Assembly: GCF_018977255.1 (NCBI RefSeq)
Contig: NW_024705360.1
Location: 1-51,698 of the forward strand
Source: Callorhinchus milii
Lineage: Eukaryota
Direction: 5' to 3'
Length of the DNA: 51,698 nucleotides
Below, in pieces: positions 49,767 to 51,698 of the stretch. Each line of letters opens with the position of its first letter. The first letter of the stretch is position 1. Position numbers and translations under genes: made by a program. Under the pieces are notes generated by a model. It worked only from the letters and a program-made list of their open reading frames with translations, ran no database searches and was not told the origin of the DNA.

Positions 49767-51148
49767 CCCACCCCCACCACCACCCCCACCCCCACCACCA
49801 CCCCCACCCACCACCACCACCACCCCACCACCACCACACCCCCACCACCACCCACCACCCCCACCACCACCACCACCACCCCACCACCACCACCACCCAC
49901 CACCACCACACCACCACCACCACCACCCCACCACCCACCACCACCACCACCCCACCACCACCACCACCCACCCCACCACCACCACCACACCCACCACCAC
50001 CACCACCACCACCACCACCACCACCACCACCCCACCACCACCACCACCCCCCACCCACCCCACCACCCCACCACCCCCACCCACCCCCACCCACCACCAC
50101 CCACCACCACCACCCACCCCACCACCCACCACCACCCACCACCACCCACCACCACCCACCACCCACCACCACCCCCACCACCACCACCCACCACCACCCA
50201 CCACCCACCACCACCACCCACCACCACCACCCACCACCACCCCCACCACCCCACCACCACCACCACCACCCCACCACCCCACCCACCACCACCACCCACC
50301 CCACCACCACACCACCACCACCACCACCACCCCACCACCACCACCCCACCCACCACCACCACCACCCCACCACCACCCACCACCACCCCCACCACCACCA
50401 CCACCCCACCACCCCCACCACCCCCACCACCACCACCCACCACCACCCACCACCCCACCACCACCACCACCACCACCCCACCACCCCACCACCCACCACC
50501 ACCACCACCCCACCACCACCACCCACCACCACCCCCACCACCCACCACCACCCACCACCCCCACCACCACCCCACCACCCCACCACCCACCACCACCACC
50601 CCCACCACCCACCACCACCCCCACCACCCCACCACCACCCACCACCACCCACCACCCACCACCACCACCCCCCACCACCACCCACCACCCCCACCACCAC
50701 CACCCCACCACCACCCCACCACCACCCACCACCACCACCCCACCACCACCACCACCACCACCACCCACCACCACCACCACCACCACCACCCCCACCACCA
50801 CCACCACCCACCACCACCACCACCCCACCACCACCCACCACCACCACCACCCCACCACCACCCCCACCACCACCACCACCACCACCCACCACCCACCACC
50901 ACCCCCACCACCACCACCACCACCCCCACCACCACCACCCCACCACCACCACCACCACCCCACCACCACCACCCCCACCACCACCACCCCCACCACCACC
51001 CCCACCACCCACCACCCACCACCCACCACCACCACCCCCACACCACCCCCACCACCACCACCACCACCCCACCACCACCCACCACCACCACCCACCACCC
51101 CACCACCACCCACCACCACCACCACCACCCACCACCACCACACACCCC
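49767..51148. repeat. ~1.4-kb degenerate (CCA/CCCA)n microsatellite
   Basis: Essentially only C and A. Confidence 0.97.
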
Positions 51149-51176
51149 GCACCGTGAACCCGCTTGCGCCCGCCAG

Positions 51177-51433
51177 TCGCTGGGACCCCAGACGGTGTTT
51201 TGCGACGTGCCGCTGACGGTGCGCCTGGACTGGCTGCTGGCGCCGGTGGAGTCGGTGCGCATCCACACGGCGGACGAGCGGCTGGAGGTGGACGCCGCGC
51301 TGCTGCGCTCGGCCCCAGGCGACGGGCGCTGCTCCCGCTGCCGCCCGCTCTCCTACAAGCTGTCCCGCTCGCCGCCGTTCCACCCGCACGGGCACGTGGC
51401 CGTCGACGGGCCGTCGCGCAGCTTCGTGGACAG
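51177..51433 (+). CDS. PAPPA: Pappalysin exon (SLGPQTVFCDVPLTVRL...SRSFVD)
   Basis: 257 nt, open frame, gccag|...|gtgcgc; phase 0 joins 47750. Confidence 0.92.
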
Positions 51434-51698
51434 GTGCGCGGGGCGCTGGGGTGGTACTCTGTGCGAGTTCGCTGTGTACACGCAACGTGCGTGTACACGT
51501 GTGTGTGTGTACGCGTGTGTGTGTGTGCGTGCGTGCGTGTTGCCCCCACCGACCTCCTCGTGTGTCTTGCCGGCCTTGGTAGCTGGTCGCGAACAGCACT
51601 CGCCGCGGCGTTCCAAGCACACTCCTCAGTGTTGTCACGGTTTGGCTGGGACGGTGCTGCTCGGTGCGGAAAGGCCGCGTCCCCCATGTCCTTGAAGC

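Noticed and set aside
49492..51687. Long Pro/His/Thr and Gly/Val/Trp ORFs (473-725 aa)
   Set aside because: Artefacts of the stop-free (CCA)n tract.

Overview
Eukaryotic, repeat-dense DNA. It is most likely from a lamprey-type jawless vertebrate; this is inferred from very GC-rich exons, V-SINE-type repeats and deep-branching vertebrate proteins. Genes: (i) one isolated septin-7-like exon on the minus strand; (ii) an unrecognised two-exon, Gln/Glu-rich 206-aa gene with a diverged duplicate of its last exon; (iii) an intact tRNA-Gln(CTG); (iv) a C2H2 zinc-finger exon of about 23 fingers with frameshifts; (v) nine exons of a pappalysin (PAPPA/PAPPA2 family) metalloprotease gene that is 5'-truncated at a SINE, carries at least 4 frameshifts and runs off the right end. 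Mobile DNA: a full-length but defective hAT transposon, a 5'-truncated Penelope-like element (RT + GIY-YIG) with inverted pseudo-LTRs, RTE and L2/CR1 LINE fragments, tRNA-derived SINEs, Helentron/HINE-like elements and several satellites. Most notable signals: (a) a ~307-bp, highly structured monomer containing the 5' half of tRNA-Gln, inserted as ~2.1 head-to-tail copies between 12-bp target-site duplications, as expected from rolling reverse transcription of a circular RNA (retrozyme-like, but with no canonical ribozyme found); (b) several minimal type-I hammerhead ribozymes from Penelope pLTRs, two of them in sense orientation ~1 kb apart in one pappalysin intron. The frameshifts could be real or assembly errors; the sequence alone cannot decide.
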